Below, in pieces: positions 12,042 through 27,035 of a DNA stretch of 64,000 bases (the stretch's first letter is position 1; every line of letters begins with the position of its first letter). Both the position numbers and the translations under genes were made by a program. Below the pieces are notes generated by a model. The model was not told where the DNA came from, did no database searches, and was given only the letters and a program-made list of their open reading frames with translations. The stretch covers positions 1 to 64,000 of the forward strand of contig JAHLWZ010000729.1 of the NCBI GenBank assembly GCA_020536535.1. Reading direction: 5' to 3'. The DNA is from Pelomyxa schiedti (lineage: Eukaryota; Protista; Evosea).

Positions 12042-13847
12042 TCACAAGGAAGATAATGGCCAGGGAGCTGTGCATACTGGACATGCTTGTGTGATTCTCA
12101 TCCACCGCGATATACAGTGTGCATGAAACACATGACCACATACACCGGCAGCAATCCCACACTGTGCCGCTTCACCATTAGAGTGGTCTGATTGTTCTTG
12201 GAGAAGCCTCCCTCCTTGTTCCTGCTCCTCATCACCGCTGCAAACAATGCAGCTCTGCAACATGGTGTTGTAGCATATGGCACAAAGCTCCGGCTGGGTG
12301 TTGTATTCGGCCACGATGTCAAAAGACTGGAGTCCCAAGAATGGGCAATCAGAAGGTGAGCCGGGTGCCTGGCTGCGGTCGTGTACCCTTGCGGGTGAAG
12401 GCGGGATGGAGCACATTGTGTGAATATTCATTACCGGGGGTTCACTGCGTATGGAGAACTGTGTGTTTAGATAGAGAGCGGTTTCGTGGTTGCAGTCCAT
12501 TCCATAGAGAAGGCTGGCATTAAGGAGCCTGTGAATGCTAGGTATCAACAATGAGTCTGGTTTGCACCACCGGCGCAAGTCGGACAGTGTACAGCCACCC
12601 TGTGTGTTGGTTTCCTCTCCCGTTACTGTCTCAGTGCTGCCACTTGCGTGGGGGCCTATGCTCTTAGAACAGGCATGAACACAAGACTGCAACACACAGA
12701 AATCCACAAGTGGCAATCTCAAGCCATACTCAGCCCCAGGCCTTGGTGCATAAGTAGCCACAACGCTTGTAAGTAAGGAACTTACAGTCAAGTTTTCACC
12801 GCAGCAAGACCGGCACAATCCCCCCACGCAGGAAACAAATGATACAACTCTCCTGTCTGACCAGCTCACGGGTATGTGCTCCAAGATGATCTCGCCTCCA
12901 TCAAACGTGAAATTCGCCGATGGCGTCGCGGCGGTGGAAGGAGGCTCCTGCGGGGTGTCATATCCTGAGGCTTGTAGGAGGGATTGTGCAAGGTGCGGAG
13001 ACTTCCGCTGAGCCCTTTTGGGCCTGGAGCAGAGTAGAACCACACTTTGCAAGGAGGCACCGAGGAGAGAGTCTGAGGATAGGGAGCAGGCTTCCATCCT
13101 AACCAGGATTGCGCCGTGGGAAATTTTGAACGGGGACGAAAATGCCCTCGTGCAGATGATAATGGCCCTGCCGCATTCCCTGAGGTTAGCGTAAACAGGT
13201 AGCATTGGCATGTCTTGCAGCAAGGCACCTATTTGCTTCCACGCGGCCACGCAGCACACAGAGGCTCTGCTTCCGCGAGGCAGAGATGCCATTTGCCTGG
13301 CCGCGTATTTCACCGCCAGGAGGCAAGAGTCCCTCTTCTTCCTGTGCAGGAACCAGGCGCATTCCATTGCCGCGGTCTTGAGCCCCCGATCCACATCGGC
13401 CGCGGCGGCCGGTTCCGACTCTGGCGACTTGGGCTTGGGCCCCGACCCGGCCAGGCACAGCCGAGAAATGTGCACGAACGCGCAAAGAGCCGCGCAGGCG
13501 CCGTGGGAGCGCGACTTGAGAGACAGAATTGCCCGGCCAAGGTCGCCGTTGTGGACGGCCTCGAGGGCCATGGTCAGAGCTTTGGCGGTTGGGAGCAGGC
13601 CATACACCAAGGCACAGTGCCGGTCCTCGGCAGTCTGTTGTTGCGGTGAGGGCGTTGGCGAAGTGCGATTGTGGGAGGGGCCACTTGGTGTGGTTTTTTC
13701 AGGTGGGGCAACGAGGATGGCGCGGTGAGTGGCGTGACAGCAGATAGACAGGTGCTTGATGTCACGAAGGCTGAGGAAACTCAGGATGGTGCCCAGTGCT
13801 CGGCCTCTACCAGTAGGTTTATTTACGAATGCCTCAAAGTCCACCAT
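12042..13847 (-). CDS. Single-exon 601-aa protein with F-box-like N-terminus and Rbx1/APC11-type RING-H2 C-terminus
   Basis: ILSFLSLRDIKHLSICC; CAICYNTMLQSCIVC...CGIAAGVCGHVFHAHCISRWMRITQACPVCTAPW. Confidence 0.8.
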   Translation of the reverse strand: MVDFEAFVNKPTGRGRALGTILSFLSLRDIKHLSICCHATHRAILVAPPEKTTPSGPSHNRTSPTPSPQQQTAEDRHCALVYGLLPTAKALTMALEAVHNGDLGRAILSLKSRSHGACAALCAFVHISRLCLAGSGPKPKSPESEPAAAADVDRGLKTAAMECAWFLHRKKRDSCLLAVKYAARQMASLPRGSRASVCCVAAWKQIGALLQDMPMLPVYANLRECGRAIIICTRAFSSPFKISHGAILVRMEACSLSSDSLLGASLQSVVLLCSRPKRAQRKSPHLAQSLLQASGYDTPQEPPSTAATPSANFTFDGGEIILEHIPVSWSDRRVVSFVSCVGGLCRSCCGENLTVSSLLTSVVATYAPRPGAEYGLRLPLVDFCVLQSCVHACSKSIGPHASGSTETVTGEETNTQGGCTLSDLRRWCKPDSLLIPSIHRLLNASLLYGMDCNHETALYLNTQFSIRSEPPVMNIHTMCSIPPSPARVHDRSQAPGSPSDCPFLGLQSFDIVAEYNTQPELCAICYNTMLQSCIVCSGDEEQEQGGRLLQEQSDHSNGEAAQCGIAAGVCGHVFHAHCISRWMRITQACPVCTAPWPLSSL

Positions 13848-14075
13848 TGGTTGGTATTTTTTTTCAACTATTATTCTTGGAAGAATTCTAAGATACCTTC
13901 TTAAAAGGGAGTGGCAAGTTGCGGCCGCCTTCTCCGTGTGCTACAGCAATGTAGCTGGAGACGCAAGTTGTGTGTGCATTTAAACAATCCCACACTCTTT
14001 TGAGTGGCATCAGAATGGTTTCGGTGTGGGGGAGAGAATCGGTACCAAGAAAAGTAAAGTAATGTTTTAATTGTG

Positions 14076-16613
<2,538 letters not shown>

Positions 16614-16827
16614 CTTGGGAATACGGTCGCGTGTGTCGTTGGTTGAAGCGAAACGATTGTTTTGAACTTTGGAAAAATGGCAGAAGAAAACGAAGGAAGG
16701 GGTTTGTTTCTTTGTTTTTCTGTGTGGTTGGTGTTGAGGGTGTGAGTGTTCGCTGTTGGGCGAATCACTATCAATATTGAATGACTATTGGTGTGTGTGT
16801 TGGGGTGTGTTGGGTTTTGTTTTGGGT

Positions 16828-19113
16828 TTAGGGGTTGTGTGTGGGAGTTGTGGTGGTTACAAGGGGAGAATTGCTGGGTGGAGTTTGTTGGGCTTGTGGG
16901 TTTGCTGGGAGTTGTTGTTGTTGGGTTGGTTGCAGTGATTGTGCGGGTGCAGGGGTGATGGCCATTGGTTGTTGTTGTATTGGTGTGGTTGTTTTAGGGG
17001 CAGGGGCAGGCACAGGAGCGGTTATGGGTTTGGGTGCGGCTGCAGGAACCAGAAGCGGTTCAGTTGATGATGGTGGTGTGATTTGAACTTGCGTTGGTGT
17101 TGGAGGTAGTGCTCGAGTGGGTGTTAAAGATTGAAACGGCGCCTGTATGGGCCTTAGTATTGGTGAAGCCTTGGGACTGGGTGGGCTTGTTGGAGTTTCC
17201 GGTGTAGGTGGGGAAGGCACTGATATGTTTAACTCAGGGGTTGGGGTGCGATGAGGGGTGAACCCGGAACGGGACCTCGAACTCATCCTGCTTGGTGTTG
17301 AGAAACCGGAATTTAACAGGGGAGGTGAAGAGGCTGCTATTGACGCCAGTGTGGAGGAAGAAAGGGACTTGGCCTTGGCGAGTTGTGTCGAGAGGGGTGG
17401 TCGTGGAGCTGCAACTGGTCCCAGTGGCGTTAGGTTTGGGGGTGATGGCGAGTTTTCGTGGGCAGGTACTGTAGTTGGTAACGATGATTTACTGGGGGTA
17501 ATTGGTGGGCTATTTGGTGTGACGGGGCTGGCTTTAGGCACTGAAGGAGAAAGTGGTGGGGATAATGATCTGGTTGCAGGAAGGGTGTCATCAGGAGAGG
17601 GTGTTTTGAGAGGTCTGGTTCTCGGGACAGATGTTGATGCTGCTGCAGTGGCAATTGCGTTGGCAGAGTCAGTTGTACTCTGGGAGGTTTCTTCATCGGA
17701 TAATTCGTTCTTGTTTTTCTTGGGTCTGCCTCGTGGCCTTGGTTTCTTCTCAGTTTCATCAGGGAGGGGATTTTTGCGTGGTCTCCCACGCTTTCTTGGC
17801 GTTGTTGAAGGTGGGGTTGTTGTACTTGTTCCACTGGACTTCGGAGGAGTGGTTGATGGTGTTTTTGGGGTTTTAGGTGTTGCGGGACTTTCAGGGTTTT
17901 TCCTTGGCCTCCCTCTCTTCCGTTTCACTTCATTCTTCGTATCTTCAGATGGAAGGGGATGCTTACGGGGTCTTCCACGACCTCTCTTGGGAACTGGTTC
18001 GGTACTTTGAATTGGATCCATGAGTAGAGCCACACTGAGAGGTAATTTCTTACCAGTAGGGGGAAATATTGAGGCCTTGGTTGGGGCTAGGTATTTTGAT
18101 TGATGGAGTGTGGAGGCCAGATTTGCCACTGCAGTAAGCTCAGGTGCACAGGAAGTTATTACTGCTGAAGTAGGGGCCACGTTCACCTGCAGACTGCTTG
18201 TATAACCCTTTTTTGCATCTGAATCACTTGACAGGCGTACAGGAGACGGAAGTACATTGCTATGTGTAGACTTCAATTCTGGAAGTTGCTTTGGAGGGGA
18301 GACTCCAGAAGACGTTCTTCGGCGCTTAGTTGATTCTACAGGTTGTTCACCGTAATCATCATCTTCTTCGTCCTCTTCCACTTCATCATAGTCATCATAG
18401 TCACCACTGAAGTCATTGTCACTATTTCCACCGCCTTCACCGCCTCCATTATCTCCTCCTCCACCAGTGCCACTACCGCCAACATTGGAGGCACCACTTG
18501 AACTTCCAGATGATCCACTTGAGTTCGTGTTAGTGCTTGTAGAAGAGCTACCTCCAGAAGAAGTGGGTGCAACACTCGAACCACTCTCGCCCCCATCATC
18601 GCGAGGAATCCCAGTTATGAAGTACTCATATTCCTCGTTCCACTGTTTGTTGTCCAACCGTGATTCAAAGGAAGCCCAACGGTGCAAAGCATTTTTATTG
18701 TTATCTGCATTGCAGTACAAAGAGATGTGAGATATTTTCCTGCGAGATAAACAATAAACCTTTGAGTATCCTGGAAACAGACTGGCGTAAACTAAAGCAC
18801 TCAGGCTTTGCGTAACCTATGGAAACAGGGCCCAGTAAAAATGTGATGTCCTCAACACATGAATACAACACCAATGTTTTAGTACTATTAATTGCCTGAC
18901 AGCGTTTCCTTTTCAGCTGTGATGCTTTCATGGTGTCACAACGTTACAAGAGAAAAGGGATAAAAAAAAAACCCAGTAGTACACAAAAGTGGGGAAAAAA
19001 AAAAAAAAAGAAACAAACTTGAGGGGAAAAAAAAAAAAAAAAAAAAGAGGACGAGAGAAAAACAAACTTCTATGGATCGGCTCCCTCCGATGAACAACGA
19101 TGGACACCGTCAT
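16828..19113 (-). CDS. AT-hook DNA-binding protein, largely disordered
   Basis: Four AT-hooks (KRGRGRPRK, KRKRGRPRK, RKRGRPRK, PRGRPKK), acidic patch, Pro/Ser tail; short 5' exons from MTVSIVVHRR. Confidence 0.8.
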
Positions 19114-19325
19114 CTTTTTTTTTTTTTTTTTTCTTTTTTCCCTGCCCCATTTTCCGGCTTGTCCAAAAAAAAAAAAAAAAGAAAAAGGAAAAAGAAGAAA
19201 CATGTGATGTTGGTTGAATGGTTCCCGATCTGTTATCTGTTCCATAACCTGACAGGAGAACCTACTGGCGGAGTGCAAAAGGGAAGGGATCCCACAAGTG
19301 AGGGCTGGCTCCTGAAGAGTCATAC

Positions 19326-21919
19326 CTAGAAGATGTCGTGGTAGAGGAGCAGGGCCTGGTGCAGTTGCAAAAGTCTATTAGATCCCGCAAACCACGACAG
19401 CTCGCCGGGGTCGTACTCTATCTCAGGCTTGGTGACTTCTACATTGAGCTTCGCGATGAGCTTCCTCTCGGCAAGGAGAACCAGCCCTGGTACCGTGTAG
19501 GCTCGTGCCAGTGTGATTATCTGTTGAATGTATTATGGGTTTGCTACTCGTTTTGCTATCTGAACAGCTTGGTGGGGGCTTTTTGTTTTTGGTGTTTCTG
19601 GGAGAAAAGATTGCATACATCCATGAGGTCTTGCATTGACAGTTGGTCAGTGGAAAGCTTGTCAGTGTAACAGTAATGCAGAAGGCATTTGAGTGGTGTT
19701 TCCTTGACACTCAAAGTGATGCAATTACCAAGGGAGCCTGTTTAGTTTCTGCGGTGAGAATTTTCGTGTTTCGTGCATAGAGGAATGGTTTTGGGAACCT
19801 GATATGAGCTTCTTTAGGAATGGAACCCTGGCATAAAGAATCAAGGCGTGTGCCCTGAGGGTGGTTCCCTCCACGCAAATTGACAGATCCTCAGTGGTAG
19901 CATCATTTTCAAGAGAGGCTATATCAGAGGCCTGTGAGCCTGGTTTTACAATCTTGAAAATTGTTGCTGTTCATACCAGAAAAGAGGGTACTGGTTCGAC
20001 AATTTCTTTCATATTAAAGGGAATAACGATAGAGGGGACCTCAAAGGAATTGTACAAGTATCGGGCAATTGGTGCGCCAGATTTGACGTAAAGCATGCTG
20101 TCTTTGATTTCCTGGGCAGTTCTTTTGAATTACGTGATGTGAGATTTGAGGCTGTTCATTACTCCACCCTCCTTTACCTACAAACATTCCACACGCGTAC
20201 ATCACGAATAAGCCCAAGAAATGGATTGGAATTGTCAGAATTCTTTCCAATAAGCATGGAAGAATCTGTCCGTAAACTTGGAGAAAAGAACTTCCCTTGG
20301 TGAATATCACACTTGCCGTTGACATAAAATCTATTTGTTTATTTGTATACCCCGAGTGACTACGGTCCTGGTACATACCGTACAGTTTCGTCGGTGGCGG
20401 ACCAAGTGAAAGCCACATGCACCCACTTCTCCGCAAGAGGGAAAGGATGCGGGATGTCTAAAGTATGTTTCATTGCGGCCATACTCAAGTTCACTCTGAG
20501 CGATTCCTTGAATATTCCCAAGGAAAATCCGTCACTTGGTGAGATCCCACCTGTGTGTGCTAGGTAAGAAGGGGGGAAATGGCGTTGCAAGGAAGCTTCT
20601 CGCATACCACAGTGCAGAAGTTGCATGCCAAAGGTGTTTCCGAAAACCTAATAAAAAATTAGAAGAAAAAAATTAACATTGTTACGTACCCCAACATCTT
20701 CCATCCTGAACCATGTTTCAACAGTCAAAGCCCTTGTTTCCGTGAAGGGGCTCCTTCCCACACTGAAACCAGTTCCAGAGAACTTGGCAGCCTTCACCAA
20801 TAACCGAAACTCGTCAGAGGCATCGCCACATTGACCACACAAGTCTTGAGGCGTGGAAATTGCGGAGCCGTCCCAGTTGCGGAGGAACAGAGGTTTAACA
20901 AGTGTTTTAGTCTCTGCGTCGTTCCACAGGTACCGAAACAGTACACCCTCTGGAATTGGCAATTGGATCCCCTGCATGCTTGCAAGTATTTGCTCGGAAG
21001 TCCTTTTGGATATTATTCAAAATGTTAAGGCAAGCGGCACAATTAACAAATAGTTACCTTGCAACAGTCCATATTCGTACATCACGAATAAGGCCCTTGA
21101 AGTCATGACCAGGGATGCCTACGTTGGTGCCAATACCCAGTTGCTGGGCAGTTGGAATAAACGGGTCTCGAAATGTGCCCGATCTGGACTGCCTTTGTCC
21201 ATTCAAGTAGGACCTTTGTAAATACTCAATACTCGATGTATGTGCAATGTCTGGCTTACACAACGTTGTTGCCGTCCCAAGTAAAAGCAGCGTGAGTCCA
21301 TGTCTCCATAATCGAGGACACCCCTCGGGAACCAAAACCATTATCTACTATTGTCTTGGTGGTATTTTGGAGTTCAATCCTCATATCTTAGGGGAACAAA
21401 ATTGAGGGGAATGGGAAAAAAGGTGAATAAAGACATACTGCCCTCATACAAGAAGAGTGAAAATCCAGGTGTAGACCAGCCTCCCCCACAATTTACAACA
21501 TGTTGGCCACTTCCTCCACTCAATGTGCTACCCTGGGTGTTTATTGTTGTTATTACTTGTGGTTGATGGATGTGTGAACCGAAATGAAACGAAACAAAAC
21601 GAAATGAATGGGAGTAAATACCGCACGAAGTTTGAACCAAGCTTCAACAGTGAGGGCGGAGCACTTCCCAAATGGGGGTGAAATGGAAATGGGGTTACCA
21701 AACTCGACACAATAGTGTCCCTCTGGTGCTCTAGTTCTATTGTGAGAATTCACTGGCAAAAGGGTCGCGATAGAATTGTGCGCACAGAAGTGCGTCTGCT
21801 GCCATGAGTACGAAAATGTTGGTTTTTATTTTAACCGTCGAGAATGGTTCCCGTCTGTGGATTATGATCTTCTACATGAGGGATTACTGAGGTCAGAACC
21901 GCCTTGGAAGATGTGGCAT
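19326..21919 (-). CDS. Two LamG/concanavalin-A-like domains plus C-terminal BTB/POZ
   Basis: ALTVEAWFK, FKGLIRDVRIWTVAR, ALTVETWFR, WVHVAFTW; BTB DLSICVEGTTLRAHALILYARVPFLKKL...LLHYCYTD; start codon tentative. Confidence 0.7.
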
Positions 21920-22193
21920 ACAGACTTCCCCCGACTGGCAACAACTAGGGGCTCCAAGCCTACCAGACGTTTCGCTTCAGGAACTGGTACCAGATGAAAC
22001 TGCAGTTGCTCTAGCAGATAAAATGAAAGCTGTCAGGGGGCACCCCCAACGAATAAAAATGAAACGACGTGCCCTGGGGTGTCGTGGGGTCGGAATGATT
22101 TTTAATGAGGCGTGGAAAATGTACTCCAACAAATCAATATAGAACAACAAAGCAGTAACAAAGCAAAAACCCAGCGTATAGTACATAAACAAA

Positions 22194-23661
22194 ATGGCAT
22201 CAACAGCAACACCCGCAAGCGGTGATGTTCAAGTTCTTCTTGTCAGTGGTGGGTCCTACGCCCCGAACAAAAAAACCAATGAGCTTACATTAAATATTCA
22301 TTAAATATTTACTGGTAATACCTTAATTTCAAATATATTACCGCAACAAAGAATAACCATGTTTATTAGTTATTGAAGCCTCTGGGATAAAGAGCACCAA
22401 TGTAATTGGAAAGCAGTCGGACTCCTTTGTGACTGTTCATGTTAACGAGAAGTTGGTGGCCCAGACCAGAATAGTTGAAGGCACTCTGTCTCCCAAATAC
22501 AACGAGATCCTAAGGGTCCCGCTATCTGCGAATATCATTCAGGACACTGTGCAGATATTTGTATATGGTTCACACTGGTGGAGCAACGAATTTATTGGCC
22601 GAGTCGAAATTCCTGCTCCCATTGTTGCTCTTATTCTGAACTCCGCTCAGCGTGACACTTGGCTGAAACTTCTACCTCCTCAGAGGTGCATTGACCCAAA
22701 GAACCGGTATCCCGGCTTCATCCACCTTGGATTTGCTGTGGACACATCCGGCGAACCTGTTCCTGCCCCGCTGCAGTCCCAGACCTCGTCTTCTCAAAGA
22801 CAGGCCTATCCTGCACAACAGTCCACACCCACTCTACTGAGTTCGCCAAAACCGAACCCGTTACAGTGTGTGGCAGAGTGCCCCATTTGCGGCATTATGT
22901 ACCCTCAGAGCATTATCGAGGAACATGTTAACTCCTGCATTGAGGAGAAGCACTGCGACAAGCCAAGCGAGAAGAAGACCGAGGAATCTATTTATCCTCC
23001 CCCATACGTCCCTCCACAGGGCCCCACTGGCTCTAATGCACCTTCAGCTCCGTTCTCCCAGCCATGTGCCTTCCCTCAGATGTATTTCCCGGGGCAACCA
23101 CAACTTGTAACTCAGCCGCAACTGACACAGTTATATCAGCAGCTAGTGCCCTTACCTGCACAGCAGCCTGAACAGCCACTGGGACCCCAACAATTTTTCG
23201 CACAGCACCCGCAGATGATACAATCCCAGCAGCTGCTACAGCTTCAAGCACAAGCGCAACAGCAACAGCAGCTACAAGCGCAGCAGCGGCAATCACAGCC
23301 GCAAATGCAGCCCCAGCAAGAATCCACACAGCAACAGCAGCAGACACTAATCCAACTTCTCCCGCAACCACCACAACAAACCCAAGCCCAAGCTCAACAA
23401 GCCCAACTCCAACAACAAGCACTGATTCAACAATTCTTACAAGCTCAGGCACCCCCACAACAACAAGTCCAGTCTTACATACAACTTCCTTCACCTCCCC
23501 CGGTTCAATTGATGCTCCCACCACAAACCCAGAACCAAACACAAACACTCCCACAACAACAAGCACCATTATATCTTGGTCCCTGTGGATACACTTCCTC
23601 TCCAACATCCCCTTCCCCCTACGGAATCCCACAACCATACACAAACCAGAAATTACTTTAA
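22194..23661 (+). CDS. C2-domain protein with UBZ-type zinc finger and Gln/Pro-rich tail
   Basis: VLLVS|VIEASGI...SDSFVTV...QTRIVEGTLSPKYNE...EFIGRVEI; CPICGIMYPQSIIEEHVNSC. Confidence 0.8.
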
Positions 23662-23787
23662 AGCACCTCACTTTTTGACTGTAAAAAACCAACGCACCAC
23701 CTTGTGAGACTGAAAATAAAATTTTCTTTCTTAGTTTGTTTATGCTCTTTCATCTCAAATATACTCCTGGCCGAATGTGTTTTGGGT

Positions 23788-24824
23788 TCAGAGAGTGTCT
23801 GTGTGAGTTGCTGTTTTGAAGTACTGCTTGACAGATTCCATAGACAGTTCAATACCAGTGGTTTGGAGATGCGGTTGTAAGTTGTGAGTGATTAGGAGGA
23901 TGTTGCGCATCACAGGCCGGATGATGTTATCCATAACTTGTTGTTGTGGGATATATTCACACATTCGCTGGAAAAGCTGTGGTAGTATAGTCTTGAGGGA
24001 TTCTTCTAGCTGCTTGCTTGCTTGTGCAATTCCCTCTGTGAAGAGAGTTAGGGCGGGAATGACATTATTAGAGAGGTTGTACCAGATGCGGTTGATTTGG
24101 TTTGTTGTGCCTTGGCAAGCAAACTTATCAACCCTTGGGCAAGGTGTGTGGTGGTAAGCATGATAAGCTGCTCCGCTGTAGTGGCGATAGCCCTGTCCAT
24201 CTCCTATTATGTGATTTTTCGAGCTTGTTTAGGGCACCATTTAATGAGTGGGAGACCTTCTTGCTATCAATTTTATTAGTCTTCACTTGTGGCGCAAAAG
24301 TACCCAAAGAAAACAGAGAGCTAAAGCCTCCCGAGAGAACTTGTTTCAATTCAACTTTTTTTTTCCCCTCTTAGTTGAGAATTGGAGCTTATTTGTTTGT
24401 TTCGGAACCTGTTATGTGTGAAAAGTCAAGGTATCCCTCTGTATATGTGAGTGTGACATCGAAAGGAGCAATTTGCTCTCGGAGAATCAGCAGCTGTTGA
24501 AATAAAAATAGTACTCCATCAAATTTATCCTACATAATGAGAACCGAGGATGTTATATTGCACAGATGGGATACCTTTCCAACGACCATTTTGCTTGCTC
24601 TTGTTAGAGCTTCCACGCAAGCAGAAACAGCTTCTTGAGCTAGACCCTCGAAAACGACTGTCTATGAATAAGTGTGAGTTTAGTGTATAACCGGGGAAAA
24701 AATACCTCAACGGAAAGGTAGAGCTTTGAGAGCAGCGTTAACGAGGCTTGAAGAGTTGGGTACCATTTTTCGTACTGAATTTGGCCAAGTGCTGTAACTG
24801 TTTCCCCTTTACTAGCATTACGTT

Positions 24825-24880
<56 letters not shown>

Positions 24881-26892
24881 CTTGATATATACCTTCAGTC
24901 ACAATTGAAAGTTTGTCAGGGTAGTTCAGATCAGAGTCACTAGGAGTAAAGAGGGTGATGTGGTCCCTGATGTGCCTTTGAGCAAGGTAAACCAAACGTT
25001 CTTGGAAGTCTTGTTGCAGGTTGACTAGAAGTTTAGACACAGGCTCAAATACTGCCGAGCTTCCAGTGGTCTTGTCAGGCAGATCGAGGTTTTCCACTAT
25101 CTCGTTCTTAAGCATGTGAAGTACTGTACAGAGAGTGTCGAAGTCGTGGGAATGGATGAGGGTGGAACGAAGCACGTCATATAAACATCTACAATAGTTT
25201 TGGACAATAACACTGCAAAGAGTTCAGCACTGAAATTGTCACACATAGTTACAATACATGACATTGGCTGTGTCAGTGCGAAAAAATGTGTTGTATAAAT
25301 CGAGTTCGACATGTGAAATATAATTAACATAGGTACATGAGAATTGTGTCTGGGATAGTTAGACCGGGAAAAAAACTGAGAATAGTTACAATGTGGCTCA
25401 GATTTGGGCCAGAACAAATCCGGGAAAAAACTTTGGAAAACAGTGGAAATAACGAGTTGCGCTGTTGAACATAACAATTTTGACATTCCGCAAGAAATGG
25501 TCTGAACCTAAAAGGCTTGTGTGAAAGAAGAAGTCGAGGAGGTTTCACTACTCTGGTGTGGCTGAGCTTCTCTTTTCTAGCTCTGAGCAAAGGGGGCGCA
25601 AGACTGGAGCAAGAACCGAAAACTGCCTCATTAATGGTGCTTCATTTATGTCGGCAATATTCATGAGCGAATCGCCCAACGGGTCAGTAGCTTGCATATG
25701 AGTCTGGACTTGTGCACCAAGTGTAGTGAGACGGGTTACAACTTCTGCGCGGAGCATAGACATAGCTTTATTTTGCACTTGTTTGAACTTGGAGAGGTAC
25801 ACAGGAGACTCCCTGAAGTTGTACTGAGGTGGGAAAGTACCCAATGAGACTCTACAACAAAAAAATTGCTAGAAATAAAGTTACCTACATTCTCAACGAG
25901 AAATGCAATACAAGAATCCAATTTTGCAAGTTGAGTAAAAAACTCAGGGTTTGCTGCAGTAAGACTTGGGTTGTGCAGGAATTGAATTGTAAGAGGTTCA
26001 AGCTCATCAAAGTGTGATTTATATGCTTCTGTGATTTTCAAGAACTCTGAAATCCATTGCTAAAGAATAAGTGTAAAGTTTTATAGAGTGCTTGCGAACT
26101 TGCTGTTGCTGTAGACGGTTGCACGCCTCGTGGAGGGCATGAGACTTATCAGAGGTGTTCTGATAGGTTTCCATGATGGAATTGTAATTTTTATTCCAGC
26201 TATCAACTTGGGATATCATGTCCTTTATGCGCGAGTGAAAGTGCTGCAGCTGTTCCAGTGTATCACTGGGGACATTTAGTGATAAAGGAAAGTGTTATGT
26301 TTGCTTTTTACATATGCGGGCCACGGGGTTCGCAAGTAGCTCTATTTTCATGAAGCCAGCGGTAAAACTGCTCTGTTGAGTCCAACGTGCTACCAAAGGG
26401 ACTTGGCCCAGTGGTATTTACGTTTTTAGTGTCATTATCTTGAGATTGAGCCTCTGCAAGAAACTTCTCAAGGTTAACTTTTTATTTACTATGGGTGCGG
26501 GTGAAGGCTAAAGAAGAAGGGGGGTGGAAGAAAAAAAGAGGAAAAACCCCAAAAAAGAAACACACTTTTGCCGGCACTGGTCGCTCCACGCACATCCTGC
26601 CCACCATCGAAGCACATTTCTCACACTGCGGGGAGACCTCAGAGTTGGCCAAGAACGTCTGCAGCACAGCCAGCTGGCCCCCTGTGCCGCCCCCCGTCGT
26701 CGAGGCAGACGCAGGAGACGGCGAGGGCGCCGCTGCTACTCCCATGGGAGACCCACGAAGGCTCACGGCCGCCCCCGCCCCCGGCACGTGGAACACCGAC
26801 CCGCTGGACGTCAGCGACGATGACGACGACGCCCCAGTCCCGGTCCCAGTCCCGACCCCAACCGCCCCTGACGACGAAAGCACTCCTCGCAT
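23788..26892 (-). CDS. COG3: Conserved oligomeric Golgi complex subunit 3 (Sec34)
   Basis: [66 protein letters not shown]. Confidence 0.9.
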
Positions 26893-27035
26893 CCCACTTG
26901 CAAAGTCCAGTGGATGATGACTCGACCGTATCGGTTTCTTATCGAGCCCAGTCAGATCGGAATCAAATGTCTCAGTCCAAGACTGAGGAGTGAGGGGCGC
27001 ACAACACCGTAGAATCACGTGTATATAAATTTTAT

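Noticed and set aside
17258-18010. 250-aa plus-strand ORF and similar long antisense ORFs (13210-13728, 32813-33609, 47330-48208)
   Set aside because: Shadow ORFs of GC-rich or low-complexity genes on the other strand
19560-19710. CQC as a possible SWIM zinc finger
   Set aside because: Wrong frame; the BTB frame (LLHYCYTD) explains the region
24827-24878. Long poly-A run as a retroposon tail
   Set aside because: It is a poly-T tract inside a COG3 intron; similar tracts occur in other introns
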